From contig JAMDDE010000009.1 in assembly GCA_023489235.1 (NCBI GenBank), positions 6,439 to 70,438 on the forward strand: a stretch of 64,000 nt of DNA. The letters are read 5' to 3'. Below the pieces are notes generated by a model. That model was given only the letters and a program-made list of their open reading frames with translations. It searched no databases and was not told where the DNA came from. The position numbers and the translations under genes were made by a program. Below, one piece after another: positions 27,531 to 37,894 of this stretch (position 1 is the stretch's first letter; each line of letters begins with the position of its first letter). The stretch is from Actinomycetota bacterium (lineage in GTDB: Bacteria; Actinomycetota; Acidimicrobiia; Acidimicrobiales; JAMDDE01).

Positions 27531-28733
27531 ATGGCGATCAACGAGCAAGTAACTAAGGGCCTCGATACCTCTGCAGCTAGAGAGCTTAGTTCACAAGATC
27601 GCAAATCCACTGTTCAGCCTGTACCTGTGCTACCTTCCTATGAAGGATCTTGTATATCCAGACTAGTACCTGCCTTGTTGAGCGAGAAAAGCTCTTCGCT
27701 CCGATCATGGCTTCCCGAGGCCGTCCAACATGCTCGCCAAGTAGTGCTCTTGGCTTTGGACGGTCTTGGCTGGGAGCAAATCACTGAACGTGCCACCATG
27801 CTCCCGACCTTGTGGTCGGGCAGTGCACAGCGCATCAGCTCAGTGGCGCCTACCACGACAGCTACAGCACTCACCTCACTCACCACTGGTTTAACCCCCG
27901 CTCAACATGGAGTTGTCGGTTACAGGATGCGCATAGCAGAAAGAGAGGTGCTCAATGTACTGCGGTGGCAGGTGAGCAGTGATGGTAGAAGGTCTGATGC
28001 TCGTTCGATCTATCCGGCCAGCGTGATCCAAAGTTACCCAGCCTTTCTAGGCGAGAGCGTGCCTACTGTCGTCCGTGCTGAATTCGCTACCACTGGATTC
28101 ACTCGGGCGCACCTTGGGGGAAGCTACTTGATTGGATGGAGAGTTGCATCCTCCCTTGTAGTAGAGGTAGGCCGCCTTGTTTCCAAAGGAGAGCCCTTTG
28201 TCTATGCTTACTATGACGGTGTAGACAAAGTTGCTCATGAATGGGGTCTGGATGAGCACTACGATGCCGAGCTGCAAACCGTAGATCACCTCGTTGCTGA
28301 GATATTGGATTCTATTGGTCCTGGTTGTGCTCTTGTAATTACCGCTGATCATGGTCAAGTACAAGTAGGTGGTCAAAGCTTGGCTCTCCCTACCGAGATC
28401 ATGGACAATGTGGAGTTGTTGTCTGGAGAGGGAAGGTTCAGGTGGCTACATTTGCGACCAGGTAGTCAAGAGGAGTCCCTGGCAGCCGCTGAAGAGGCCT
28501 TTGGAAAACTTGCTTGGATCGCAACTCGCGACCAGATCATCGAAGAAGGTTGGTTAGGGGGAGTTCCTCAGCCAGAGGTGATTGACCGACTTGGTGACTT
28601 AGCACTAGTTGCTTTTGAACCGGTTGCTTTTCTTGATCCAGCGGACACAGGAGAGTCTGCTTTGGTGGGACGACACGGCTCACTCACAGGAGCTGAGATG
28701 TGGGTACCGTTAGTGGCTTGGCTCAAGGAATGA
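27531..28733 (+). CDS. Alkaline phosphatase superfamily / nucleotide pyrophosphatase
   Basis: LDGLG, PTTTATAL, DKVAH, TADHG, GRHGSLT. Confidence 0.88.
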   Translation: MAINEQVTKGLDTSAARELSSQDRKSTVQPVPVLPSYEGSCISRLVPALLSEKSSSLRSWLPEAVQHARQVVLLALDGLGWEQITERATMLPTLWSGSAQRISSVAPTTTATALTSLTTGLTPAQHGVVGYRMRIAEREVLNVLRWQVSSDGRRSDARSIYPASVIQSYPAFLGESVPTVVRAEFATTGFTRAHLGGSYLIGWRVASSLVVEVGRLVSKGEPFVYAYYDGVDKVAHEWGLDEHYDAELQTVDHLVAEILDSIGPGCALVITADHGQVQVGGQSLALPTEIMDNVELLSGEGRFRWLHLRPGSQEESLAAAEEAFGKLAWIATRDQIIEEGWLGGVPQPEVIDRLGDLALVAFEPVAFLDPADTGESALVGRHGSLTGAEMWVPLVAWLKE

Positions 28734-28800
28734 GGCCAAGATTGGTCAGCATGGGATATCACATGAGATATCAGCAGTATGCCGGCTCCTCATCGAGCTT

Positions 28801-28840
28801 GGTTTCAGGAGAGATCTAAGGTTTCAGGAGAGATCTAAGG
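28801..28840. repeat. 19-bp tandem duplication abutting the bpa RBS
   Basis: GGTTTCAGGAGAGATCTAA x2 followed by GGAGG. Confidence 0.9.
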
Positions 28841-28848
28841 AGGTAGTA

Positions 28849-29382
28849 ATGGAAACGAGGACAAGCGCTGAGGGAGAGGTGAATCCGAATGAATCACCTA
28901 CGGTTGAGGTGGTAGGAGATTCGGGAAGTAGCCAAGAACAAGGAAGAGACAAGGAGTCTCCAGACGCAGAAGGCAATGAATGGGTGGAGCAACCAGGAAA
29001 GGTAATGCGCATAGGCTCCATGGTGAAGCAGCTGCTCGATGAAGTTCGTCAAGCACCTCTTGACGAGGCGGGTAGGAATCGTTTGCGGGAGATCTACGAG
29101 ATCTCCGTTAGAGAGTTGTCCAGTGGGCTCTCCCCGGAGCTCTCCAAAGAACTTGACAGAGTTACTTTGCCATTTGATGAAGGGACTCCGAGCGAAGCTG
29201 AGTTACGGGTTGCCCAAGCCCAGCTAGTTGGCTGGTTGGAAGGATTGTTCCATGGAATACAAGCTACTTTGCTGGCGCAGCAAATGGCTGCTCGATCTCA
29301 ATTGGAAGAGATGCGCAGACGAAGTCTGCCTCCAGGAGAACCTGGCGAATCACAGGTATTGAGACCAGGAGCCTATCTGTGA
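28849..29382 (+). CDS. bpa: Bacterial proteasome activator (Bpa/PafE)
   Basis: VEQPGKVMRIGSMVKQLLDEVR, ELRVAQAQLVGWLEGLFHGIQ, C-terminal GAYL (GQYL-type motif). Confidence 0.93.
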   Translation: METRTSAEGEVNPNESPTVEVVGDSGSSQEQGRDKESPDAEGNEWVEQPGKVMRIGSMVKQLLDEVRQAPLDEAGRNRLREIYEISVRELSSGLSPELSKELDRVTLPFDEGTPSEAELRVAQAQLVGWLEGLFHGIQATLLAQQMAARSQLEEMRRRSLPPGEPGESQVLRPGAYL

Positions 29383-32300
29383 GGGGGAAAGGATCCTCCT
29401 TCGTTCACCTCCATACCCATACGGAGTTCTCCATGTTGGACGGTGCTGCCCGTATAGGAGAGCTGATCGGGAAGGCAGTATCCGACGGGCAGCCAGCTCT
29501 GGCCATAACCGACCATGGCAACATGTACGGAGTACTCGACTTCTACCTCGCCTGCAAGAATGCAGGGATCAAGCCGATCATAGGGATGGAAGCGTACATG
29601 GCTGCATCCTCTCGACACGACCGACCGGCAAGACGTGGTCGAGTCGACGACGAAGGCAGCTTCTCGAACAAAGGGGAGAAGCTCTACCATCACTTGACCT
29701 TGCTGGCAGAGAACTTGCAAGGATACAAGAACTTGATGAAGCTCTCCTCAGCAGCTTACCTGGAAGGATACTACTACAAGCCAAGGGTGGACTGGGAGCT
29801 GTTAGAGAGGTACCATGAAGGCCTCATTGCCACCACTGGGTGTCTGGGAGGACTAGTCCCTCAAGCACTGCTCCTTTCGGACTATGGCTCGGCATACGAA
29901 ATTGCAGGAAGATTCACGGAGATATTCGGTCGAGACAGTTTCTTCATAGAGATACAGGACCATGGCATCGAAGCCCAGAGGAAGATCAATCCCGACCTTT
30001 TGACTTTGTCCTCCAAGCTCGACATCCCTCTGCTGGCTACCAATGATAGCCACTATGTCTCACGAAAGGACGCGCAGATCCACGATGCCCTGTTATGCGT
30101 GCAGACGGGAACCACAATCTCGGATCCCAAGCGCTTCCGCTTCGAGGGGGAGGAGCACTACTTGAAGTCCGCAGCAGAGATGAGGCATCTCTTTGCCGAT
30201 ATTCCTGAGGCATGCGACAACACCCTGGCGGTAGCGGAGAGGGTCCAGTTGGAGATCGAGTTCCAAGGAGCAGTGCTACCTCGGTTTCCCATCCCTCCCC
30301 AGTACGAGGGGGATAGCTATGAGGCGAAGGCGAGAGCGTACCTGGACAGCCTCGCCTTCGAAGGCGCCAAGGCAAGGTACGGCGATACTCTTCCGCAAGA
30401 GGTCCGGGACAGGCTCTCCTACGAGCTATCTGTCATAGGAGAGATGGGCTTTGCCACCTACTTCCTAGTCGTCTGGGATCTGATAGCCTACGCCAAGCGC
30501 CGTGGGATCAGAGTGGGTCCTGGACGAGGCTCAGCTGCGGGTTCCTTGGTCGCTTACTGTCTTGGGATAGTTGAGCTGGATCCCATCCGGTATGATTTAT
30601 TGTTCGAGCGATTCCTGAACCCAGGACGCAAGCAGATGCCCGACATAGACATGGACTTCGACGAGCGCTACCGAGCCGAGATGATTCGGTACGCTGCCGA
30701 GCGCTACGGATCCGACCACGTAGCCCAGATAGTCACCTTCTCCACTATCAAAGCTAGGGCTGCCGTAAGGGACGCAGCCAGAGTCCTGGGGGAGCCATAT
30801 GCTCTGGGGGACAGGATAGCCAAGGCGATGCCACCGTTGGTGATGGGGAGAGATACCCCACTGGAGGCTTGCTTGGAGGAAAAGGACGGCTACGAGGATG
30901 GCTACAGGCAAGCGGCGGAGCTCAGGGCCATGTACGAGACGGATCCCAAGGTCAAGGCAGTGGTGGACGTAGCCAGAGGACTGGAGGGATTGAGGCGACA
31001 GGACGGCATACACGCTGCCGCGGTGGTCATTACCGATGAGCCGCTCACCGAGTACCTACCTGTGCAGAGGAAGCCAGAACCTGGCAAGGATCCCTCCGAG
31101 GCACCGCTGGTCACCCAGTACGAGATGCACGGAGTGGAGTTGTTGGGACTGTTGAAGATGGACTTCCTCGGACTTCGCAACCTCTCGGTGATCGAGGCAG
31201 CCTTGGACCTAATAGAAGAGGGGAGTGGGAACAGACCGGACATAGACAACATCCCTTTGGACGACGAAGAGACCTTCGCCATGCTGAGGAGAGGAGAGTC
31301 CATCGGGGTGTTCCAGCTAGAAGGAGCGCAGATGCGCTCCTTGATGCGCCAACTCGCTCCCAGCTGCTTCGACGACATAGCGGCATTGGTCGCTCTGTAC
31401 CGGCCAGGCCCGATGGCGGCCAACATGCACAGGGACTACGCAGAACGGAAGAATGGTCGTCAGAAGGTGACCTATCTGCATCCGGACCTGGAGCCGATAC
31501 TCTCCGACACTTACGGACTCATGATCTACCAGGAGTCGGTGATGAGGGTGGCGCAACGCTTCGCTGGCTACAGCTTGGAAGAGGCGGACAACCTGCGCAA
31601 AGCCTGCGGGAAGAAAATTCGCTCCCTCATCCAAGCCGAACGCGAGAAGTTTGTCGAGGGATGCAAGAGAGAGGGGTACGGGGAGGAGCTCGGCACCAAG
31701 CTGTTCGACATCATCGAGCCGTTCGCCGACTACGCCTTCAACAAGTCCCACTCCTATGGGTACGGTCTGATCGCCTACCAAACCGCTTGGCTCAAGGCTC
31801 ATTACCCGGTCGAATACATGGCTGCACTACTGTCCTCGGTCGGGGACGACAAAGACAAGGTGGCCTTGTACCTAGCTGAATGCAAGGCAATGGGCATAGA
31901 GGTGAAGGTACCGGATGTAAACACCTCCAATGCCTTCTTCTCCGTGAAGGAGGAGAACGGGAAGAAGGCGATCACCTTCGGACTCTCTGCCGTCCGCAAT
32001 GTAGGAGAGGGGCTGGTATCCCATATTGTCTCCGAGAGAACTCAGAATGGTCCTTATCGTGACTTCTACGACTTCTGTCAAAGGGTAGACACCTCTGTGC
32101 TCAACAAGCGGACAGTTGAGTCATTGATCAAGGCTGGCGCCTTCGACAAGATGGGACACAGCAGGCAAGGACTCTATCTATCTTTTGAGAAGGTGATCGA
32201 GCAGGTGCTCGCGGAACGCAAGGAACGAGCGAGCGGTATCGTTTCCCTCTTCGCCGGTCTTGAAGAGGAAGTCCAAGATGGAGGGTCAGGGTATGACCGT

Positions 32301-32981
32301 TTAGGAGTGGAAATACCTCAGCAGGAGTGGGGAGATCGGGAAAGACTGACTTACGAAAAGGAGATGCTCGGTCTTTACGTAAGTAGTCACCCACTTTCAT
32401 CTCTCAAGGCAGAGCTGTCTGCCCAGATAGACTGTTCTATAGCGGAGCTCATCGAAGAAGGACTCAATGCTTCCACTTCAGAAGTATGGGCAGGTGGACA
32501 GGGAAAAGGAGTCTATACACTAGGGGGTATAGTCAATGGATTGAACAAGAGGTATACGAAACAAGGGGCACAGATGGCCTCGTTCATCCTGTCCGATCTT
32601 ACCTCGTCCATCGAAGTAGTCGTGTTTCCCAAGGTGATGGAGTCCGCAGGTCATCTCCTCGCAGAGGACGAGGCTATATGCGTGAAAGGTCGTTTGGACG
32701 CAAGGGACGACCGGGCCGTGTTCATAGCCATGGACATCACCCCATTGAAAGCAAGCGCGGAGCAACCCATGGAGCTGAGGGTAACGTTGCCACTGAGAGG
32801 CATGAAAGAGGATAGTTTAGATGCGCTGGCTAGTATCTTAAGGGAGCATCCAGGCAGTGTACCGGTATACTTGCAGGCTGGAGAGCGGGTATGGAAGTTG
32901 CCCCCTAGTTTTAGCGTGGAGCTCAGGCCAGGATTGATGGGGGAGATCCGGGAGCTCCTGGGAGCAGGAGCTCTTTCGTGA
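29379..32981 (+). CDS. dnaE: DNA polymerase III alpha subunit
   Basis: PHP domain FVHLHTHTEFSMLDG; GPGRGSAAGS, MPDIDMDF, LKMDFLGL, YAFNKSH; OB fold at C-terminus. Confidence 0.98.
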   Translation: MRGKGSSFVHLHTHTEFSMLDGAARIGELIGKAVSDGQPALAITDHGNMYGVLDFYLACKNAGIKPIIGMEAYMAASSRHDRPARRGRVDDEGSFSNKGEKLYHHLTLLAENLQGYKNLMKLSSAAYLEGYYYKPRVDWELLERYHEGLIATTGCLGGLVPQALLLSDYGSAYEIAGRFTEIFGRDSFFIEIQDHGIEAQRKINPDLLTLSSKLDIPLLATNDSHYVSRKDAQIHDALLCVQTGTTISDPKRFRFEGEEHYLKSAAEMRHLFADIPEACDNTLAVAERVQLEIEFQGAVLPRFPIPPQYEGDSYEAKARAYLDSLAFEGAKARYGDTLPQEVRDRLSYELSVIGEMGFATYFLVVWDLIAYAKRRGIRVGPGRGSAAGSLVAYCLGIVELDPIRYDLLFERFLNPGRKQMPDIDMDFDERYRAEMIRYAAERYGSDHVAQIVTFSTIKARAAVRDAARVLGEPYALGDRIAKAMPPLVMGRDTPLEACLEEKDGYEDGYRQAAELRAMYETDPKVKAVVDVARGLEGLRRQDGIHAAAVVITDEPLTEYLPVQRKPEPGKDPSEAPLVTQYEMHGVELLGLLKMDFLGLRNLSVIEAALDLIEEGSGNRPDIDNIPLDDEETFAMLRRGESIGVFQLEGAQMRSLMRQLAPSCFDDIAALVALYRPGPMAANMHRDYAERKNGRQKVTYLHPDLEPILSDTYGLMIYQESVMRVAQRFAGYSLEEADNLRKACGKKIRSLIQAEREKFVEGCKREGYGEELGTKLFDIIEPFADYAFNKSHSYGYGLIAYQTAWLKAHYPVEYMAALLSSVGDDKDKVALYLAECKAMGIEVKVPDVNTSNAFFSVKEENGKKAITFGLSAVRNVGEGLVSHIVSERTQNGPYRDFYDFCQRVDTSVLNKRTVESLIKAGAFDKMGHSRQGLYLSFEKVIEQVLAERKERASGIVSLFAGLEEEVQDGGSGYDRLGVEIPQQEWGDRERLTYEKEMLGLYVSSHPLSSLKAELSAQIDCSIAELIEEGLNASTSEVWAGGQGKGVYTLGGIVNGLNKRYTKQGAQMASFILSDLTSSIEVVVFPKVMESAGHLLAEDEAICVKGRLDARDDRAVFIAMDITPLKASAEQPMELRVTLPLRGMKEDSLDALASILREHPGSVPVYLQAGERVWKLPPSFSVELRPGLMGEIRELLGAGALS

Positions 32982-33194
32982 GTCGTTACGAACAAGGTAC
33001 CTGTCGTTCCAGCCAATTCCATATCCTCAGTTACTTCTCTTGAACGGTGTTGTTCATGCAGGGGTTGCAGTTTGGTAAACTATTTTTAAATGGTGTGGCA
33101 GATACTGCTCGTGCCGTAGGAATGAGCTGGTCGGCGGCAAGGTGGTCCATAGTGGCTACTTTGAATGGGTATAGAGTTGGGAGTCGAACGGGTC

Positions 33195-33866
33195 ATGCCC
33201 ATTGAGGTTGAGACCAAAGATTGTACCGCGTTAGCCGATGCAGAGCTGGCTGAGATGGCTGATCTGTGTGCTGCGGCGACAGCTGGTTTTGATGTTGGTT
33301 ATCTTTCTAAGCAGCGAGACGAGTGGGTATTGGTCACCCAGGCTAGAGAGAAAAGTAAGTTGCGGGGGTTTTCTTTCTGTACATTGGAGCGGATAGGGGG
33401 AACACCAGCGCTACTAGTTGGTGTAGCGGCGGTTGATCGAATTGCCAAGGCCGATCAAATTCTTCGTCAGATCATGGGTGATCAATATCGAAGAGCGGTG
33501 CTCGCCTTCCCCGATGAAGATGTACTGGTGGGGACGAGGCTGTTCTCACCTACAGGGTTTGTCGTACTGGCTGGCTTGCATGACGTGATTCCACGTCCAG
33601 GGCACAAGGCCAGCGGAGAGGAACGAGCTTGGGGACGTCGATTGGCCAAACGCTTTGGTGTCGAGAGCCATTTGGACGACAAGACATTTGTTGTCAGCGG
33701 AGATGGGTCTATCAGTGGAGGGGTTGATTTCGTCAGCACCAAGGCGAAACTGGATGAAGGAATTACGGATCTGTTCGAATCAGTAGTGAGCGAGCGACAT
33801 GATGCTCTAGTAGCTTTTGGCTGGGCCATGGCAGAGGATCTAGCCAAGAACAAGCTGGGTCGATAG
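33195..33866 (+). CDS. Hypothetical protein, possible GNAT-like fold
   Basis: Long ORF with RBS; LRGFSFCTLERIGGTP pattern; fold call is an inference. Confidence 0.65.
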   Translation: MPIEVETKDCTALADAELAEMADLCAAATAGFDVGYLSKQRDEWVLVTQAREKSKLRGFSFCTLERIGGTPALLVGVAAVDRIAKADQILRQIMGDQYRRAVLAFPDEDVLVGTRLFSPTGFVVLAGLHDVIPRPGHKASGEERAWGRRLAKRFGVESHLDDKTFVVSGDGSISGGVDFVSTKAKLDEGITDLFESVVSERHDALVAFGWAMAEDLAKNKLGR

Positions 33867-33935
33867 CCATAGCTCCCTGGGTGTATCTCGTTTGCGGTCG
33901 CCACTCGTTCATTCTTGTGCACATTTCCGGCAAGG

Positions 33936-34652
33936 TTATGGCCGGGGCAAGATGGCAGATATGACTTTGTAACAGTGGCCTTTACGAGGCTTGGTGAGAG
34001 ATATCACTAGATATGACGGCTTGAAGCCGAGAGCCTTTTCGAGTGCACGACCGGAGAGGCGTCCATATCTATCCTCCGGGATAACGCCCTGGGATAGTGG
34101 ATCTTCAATTACAAGTTCGTGGAGGCGTGGTCCCCAAGGAAAGCGCGCGATTAAAGGCTCGTATGCTGAGCGCCTCACGACGGCTATCTCTCCATTGGTG
34201 TTGATCAGAGTCAAGGAAGGCTGTGTCCCATCACGGTCTCCATAGCTTGTAGCTGGGCCATGGAAGCCTAACAATGGCTGTTCAGGATTGGGGATAAGGG
34301 CATCAAGGAATCGTCGCAAGCGCCGTCGTCGTAGGTGAACACGGCGTAATTCAAGAGCTTCCACGGCTATGCTATCTGGTTCGCTGGGGTCGTCCACCTC
34401 TTGGAGCTCCTCTCCTGCTACAGTAGCCACTACGGTGTCAAGAGGGCCGATCTTACTGTTCAAGAACACGGATTTTCCATCCCCGCTTCCTGCTAGTGAG
34501 AGTCTTGTCAGAGCTCCAGAGGCTAAGTCTATGCCAGCGGAGAGTTCATTGGTCGCTGCCAATACGTATATCTGTAGCTGAGTACCTGGACGGTCTTCGC
34601 GAAGCGCTGATCGTTTGTGTTTTTTATCAGAACTGACTCGTGTAGGTGTCAT
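33936..34652 (-). CDS. Hypothetical protein resembling dual OB-fold (DuOB) proteins
   Basis: N-terminal SAGIDLASGALTR and C-terminal ISLTKPRKGHCYKVISAI resemble my recollection of that family. Confidence 0.55.
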   Translation of the reverse strand: MTPTRVSSDKKHKRSALREDRPGTQLQIYVLAATNELSAGIDLASGALTRLSLAGSGDGKSVFLNSKIGPLDTVVATVAGEELQEVDDPSEPDSIAVEALELRRVHLRRRRLRRFLDALIPNPEQPLLGFHGPATSYGDRDGTQPSLTLINTNGEIAVVRRSAYEPLIARFPWGPRLHELVIEDPLSQGVIPEDRYGRLSGRALEKALGFKPSYLVISLTKPRKGHCYKVISAILPRP

Positions 34653-34724
34653 TGAAAAAATGCACTAACTTACTATCTTTCAAAGGTAAAGTAAACAATG
34701 AATGTGGTTCTTCCAACCGTAGTT

Positions 34725-34748
34725 CAAGAACAGCATATCCTGTTCTTG
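34725..34748. promoter_or_regulatory. Palindromic candidate operator between divergent genes
   Basis: CAAGAACAG-N6-CTGTTCTTG perfect 9-bp inverted repeat. Confidence 0.45.
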
Positions 34749-34918
34749 GTATGAACTTTGCAGAGCAGTATTTGACGGCGAACCTCTAAATTTTCTAAAT
34801 ATATTGCTAAATGTAGCTTATGCCGTGCACGTCTTCCTGGGTAGATGGCGTAATACGACCACCTAGACAAGAGAGACCTGCAGGTAGTAATTCGTGACAA
34901 CAAGAAGGTAGGGCGTGC

Positions 34919-35680
34919 GTGGAACTTTCGCTAGCAGGAAGAACAGCTTTGGTCACAGGCGGGTCAAGAGGAATAGGAAAGGAGATTGCAGCTGCATTTG
35001 CTTCGGCAGGGGCGAAGGTGATGATCTCTTCGCGCAAGGCTGATGCCCTTGCTGAAGCCATTGCCACCATGGACGGTGAGGTCGACTTTTGTGTGGCCAA
35101 TGCAGGCGATCCTAATGGAGCTGAACAATGTGTAGCGAGAACCGTTGAGAGATTCGGCAGCTTGGATATCTTGGTGAACAATGCAGCTACCAATCCATAT
35201 ATGGGTGCATTGATAGATGTGGATCCTCCTCGGGCAGAGAAGACTGTTCAGGTCAATCAAATGGGGGTGTTGTGGTGGTCTCAGTGTGCCTGGAGATCGT
35301 GGATGAACCAACACGGTGGCTGTATCTTGAACATAGCCTCTGTCGGAGGGATGAGCGTGGAGCCAGGTCTCGGTATCTACAACGTTACCAAGGCAGCTGT
35401 CATCCAAATGACCAAACAGCTTGCTTATGAACTGGCTCCAACTGTACGGGTGAACGCCATAGCCCCTGGCTTGATCAAAACTCGATTTGCTCAAGCCCTT
35501 TGGGAGGGAGCGGAGAGTACTATAGCCGAACGACTGCCTCTCCGACGCCTAGGTGAGGTGAACGATGTAGCAGGAGCAGCACTGTTCCTGGCTTCCGAGT
35601 CAGCATCGTGGATCACTGGAGCAGTTTTGGTAGTGGACGGTGGCACCTTGGTCATGCCCTCTGGGGGAGTCGTAAGCTGA
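34919..35680 (+). CDS. SDR family oxidoreductase
   Basis: TGGSRGIG, NNAA, YNVTK, VNAIAPG, VDGG. Confidence 0.95.
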   Translation: MELSLAGRTALVTGGSRGIGKEIAAAFASAGAKVMISSRKADALAEAIATMDGEVDFCVANAGDPNGAEQCVARTVERFGSLDILVNNAATNPYMGALIDVDPPRAEKTVQVNQMGVLWWSQCAWRSWMNQHGGCILNIASVGGMSVEPGLGIYNVTKAAVIQMTKQLAYELAPTVRVNAIAPGLIKTRFAQALWEGAESTIAERLPLRRLGEVNDVAGAALFLASESASWITGAVLVVDGGTLVMPSGGVVS

Positions 35681-35809
35681 CCATATGGCGACCGCAATCC
35701 CCTCCCTGAGGAGGGGTTCACCACTCCATCCTTTCATCCACTTTGCCAGCTAGTTTCGTCGGAGAACACAACAGTTCGCTATACCAGAGTTGGCCAGCCG
35801 GAATCCTCA

Positions 35810-36955
35810 TCAAACACTTGAGAGTTCTGCTGCCCACTTTGCAAGGGTGGAGCGCTGGAGTTTGCCTAGATTAGTACGGGGAAGATCTCGGACGTTGAAG
35901 ATTCTTTTTGGTGCTGCATAGGGAGCAATCCTGGAAGTTACTATGTCATGAACCTCTTCCAGCGCTGGAGAGTCATCGATATCGATAGGGACGATTAGAG
36001 CTACTACGGCCTGTCCCCAATAAGGATCAGGCACTCCGGTCACGGCTACCTCTTGGATCTTGGGATGCTCCTTGAGCACTCTCTCTACTGCTTGTGGCCA
36101 AATTTTTTCGCCACCTGAGATGATGAGCTCGTCGGCTCGACCCTCTACCTGAAGCTTCCCATCCTGTCCTATATGGCCCAGGTCCTTTGTGGTCAGCCAT
36201 CCTTCAGCAGATTTCGGGTCATATCCATCGCGATAACACCTGAGCAGCATAGCTCCCTTGAGCATTATTTGCCCTCTTTCGTCTATCCGTACCTCTACGC
36301 CGTCGAGTGGGATGCCGTTGTAGACCACTCCTGATCCAGTCTCTGTCATGCCATAGGTCATGACAGCGTTGGGGGGAAGTTCGTCCAATGGAGCGGAGCC
36401 ACCAACTACGACTCTGCGGAAAAGTGCCGGATCTACTCTCTTCAGCATGGTAGGCACAAGGGAAACCAAGTTGGTTCCTCTGCCAACGGCCGCCTCTTTG
36501 ATTGCAGCGGGATCAAACCTTTCCAGCAACGTGACTTTAGTGCCGGTGAGTACGGCTCTCATCACGACCGACAGACCACCGATATGGGCCAGGGGGAGAC
36601 AGGCCAACCAGTGATCCCTACTAGGATCCACCTCTAGCCTTTTGCTGGTGGCTAAAGCCGAGGCGAGAACTGCTTGATGAGTGAGGATCACTCCCCTTGG
36701 TTCTCCTGTGGTTCCACTAGTGGCCACCACTACAGCATCGCCTTCTTCGATGGGAATACCGTGGGACAGTTGGATACGGTCCCCACTAGGGTCAATGAGT
36801 TCACTGGGTCTCATTTTTTCTAATAGAGCACGTGTCGATTCCTTGGATGTGCGGCCATCCAAAGGAAGCAAGGCATCTCCTGACTCCCAGATCTTTTCTA
36901 GAACTCCTACGAAATGTTCGTTGGCGGGCATTGCTACTGCGATCAGCTTGTGCAC
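35810..36955 (-). CDS. menE: o-succinylbenzoate--CoA ligase
   Basis: TSGTTGEPRG, LPLAHIGG, TYGMTET, GRADELIISGGE; adjacent to menB. Confidence 0.88.
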   Translation of the reverse strand: MHKLIAVAMPANEHFVGVLEKIWESGDALLPLDGRTSKESTRALLEKMRPSELIDPSGDRIQLSHGIPIEEGDAVVVATSGTTGEPRGVILTHQAVLASALATSKRLEVDPSRDHWLACLPLAHIGGLSVVMRAVLTGTKVTLLERFDPAAIKEAAVGRGTNLVSLVPTMLKRVDPALFRRVVVGGSAPLDELPPNAVMTYGMTETGSGVVYNGIPLDGVEVRIDERGQIMLKGAMLLRCYRDGYDPKSAEGWLTTKDLGHIGQDGKLQVEGRADELIISGGEKIWPQAVERVLKEHPKIQEVAVTGVPDPYWGQAVVALIVPIDIDDSPALEEVHDIVTSRIAPYAAPKRIFNVRDLPRTNLGKLQRSTLAKWAAELSSV

Positions 36956-37006
36956 GCTTAGAGATTACTGTTTTTACGGCGTGGCAAAGCGAGGTAAGTT
37001 GTTTTC

Positions 37007-37876
37007 GTGAATAATCGACCGTTGGATACCGTCAGTGCCGCTCCTCTTCCTGCTTGGAATCGAGTAGGGACTTGGAGCGACATCCGTTATGAAGTCGCAG
37101 AGGGCATAGCGAAGATCACCATTTCTCGTCCAGAGGTGCACAATGCTTTTCGACCACGCACCTTGTTCGAGTTGCAAGAGGCGTTCTCTATGGCCAGGGA
37201 TGACACCAGTGTAGGAGTGGTCATACTGTGCGGAGAAGGTGACAAGGCGTTTTGTTCTGGAGGTGACCAACGTATCAGGGGCAATGATGGATACATAGGT
37301 GATGACGATCTCGGTAGAAGTGGTATAGGGAGACTCAATGTATTGGATCTCCAGATACAAATTCGTAGACTGCCAAAACCAGTCATCGCCATGGTTGCAG
37401 GGTACGCAATTGGAGGTGGGCACGTGCTGCACCTGGTCTGTGATCTAACCATAGCTGCAGACAACGCCCGATTCGGACAGACCGGTCCCAAGGTAGGCAG
37501 TTTTGATGCAGGCTACGGAGCAGGTCTCCTGGCTAGGACCATAGGTCTTAAAAGAGCCAAGGAAGTGTGGTTTCTCTGTCGTCAGTACGATGCCCAACAG
37601 GCGTTGGAGTGGGGTTTAGTGAATGCTGTAGTTCCCCTGGAGAACTTGGAACAGGAGACAGTGGCTTGGTGCAGGCAGATCTTGAAGCTCTCCCCAATCG
37701 CACTACGCATGCTCAAAGGATCGTTCAATGCAGTGGACGAAGGGCTAGCTGGTATACAACAGTTTGCAGGAGATGCCACTATGCTTTTCTACATGACAGA
37801 AGAGGGACAGGAAGGCCGAGATGCCTTTTTGGAAAAAAGAGCCCCGGATTTCTCCAAGTTCCCCAAACGTCCTTAA
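37007..37876 (+). CDS. menB: 1,4-dihydroxy-2-naphthoyl-CoA synthase
   Basis: [41 protein letters not shown]. Confidence 0.97.
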   Translation: MNNRPLDTVSAAPLPAWNRVGTWSDIRYEVAEGIAKITISRPEVHNAFRPRTLFELQEAFSMARDDTSVGVVILCGEGDKAFCSGGDQRIRGNDGYIGDDDLGRSGIGRLNVLDLQIQIRRLPKPVIAMVAGYAIGGGHVLHLVCDLTIAADNARFGQTGPKVGSFDAGYGAGLLARTIGLKRAKEVWFLCRQYDAQQALEWGLVNAVVPLENLEQETVAWCRQILKLSPIALRMLKGSFNAVDEGLAGIQQFAGDATMLFYMTEEGQEGRDAFLEKRAPDFSKFPKRP

Positions 37877-37894
37877 TTTTTTGAGGATGGCATC

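Noticed and set aside
29379..32981. Intein in DnaE
   Set aside because: Normal length (1200 aa); no C...HN splice motifs or LAGLIDADG insert seen
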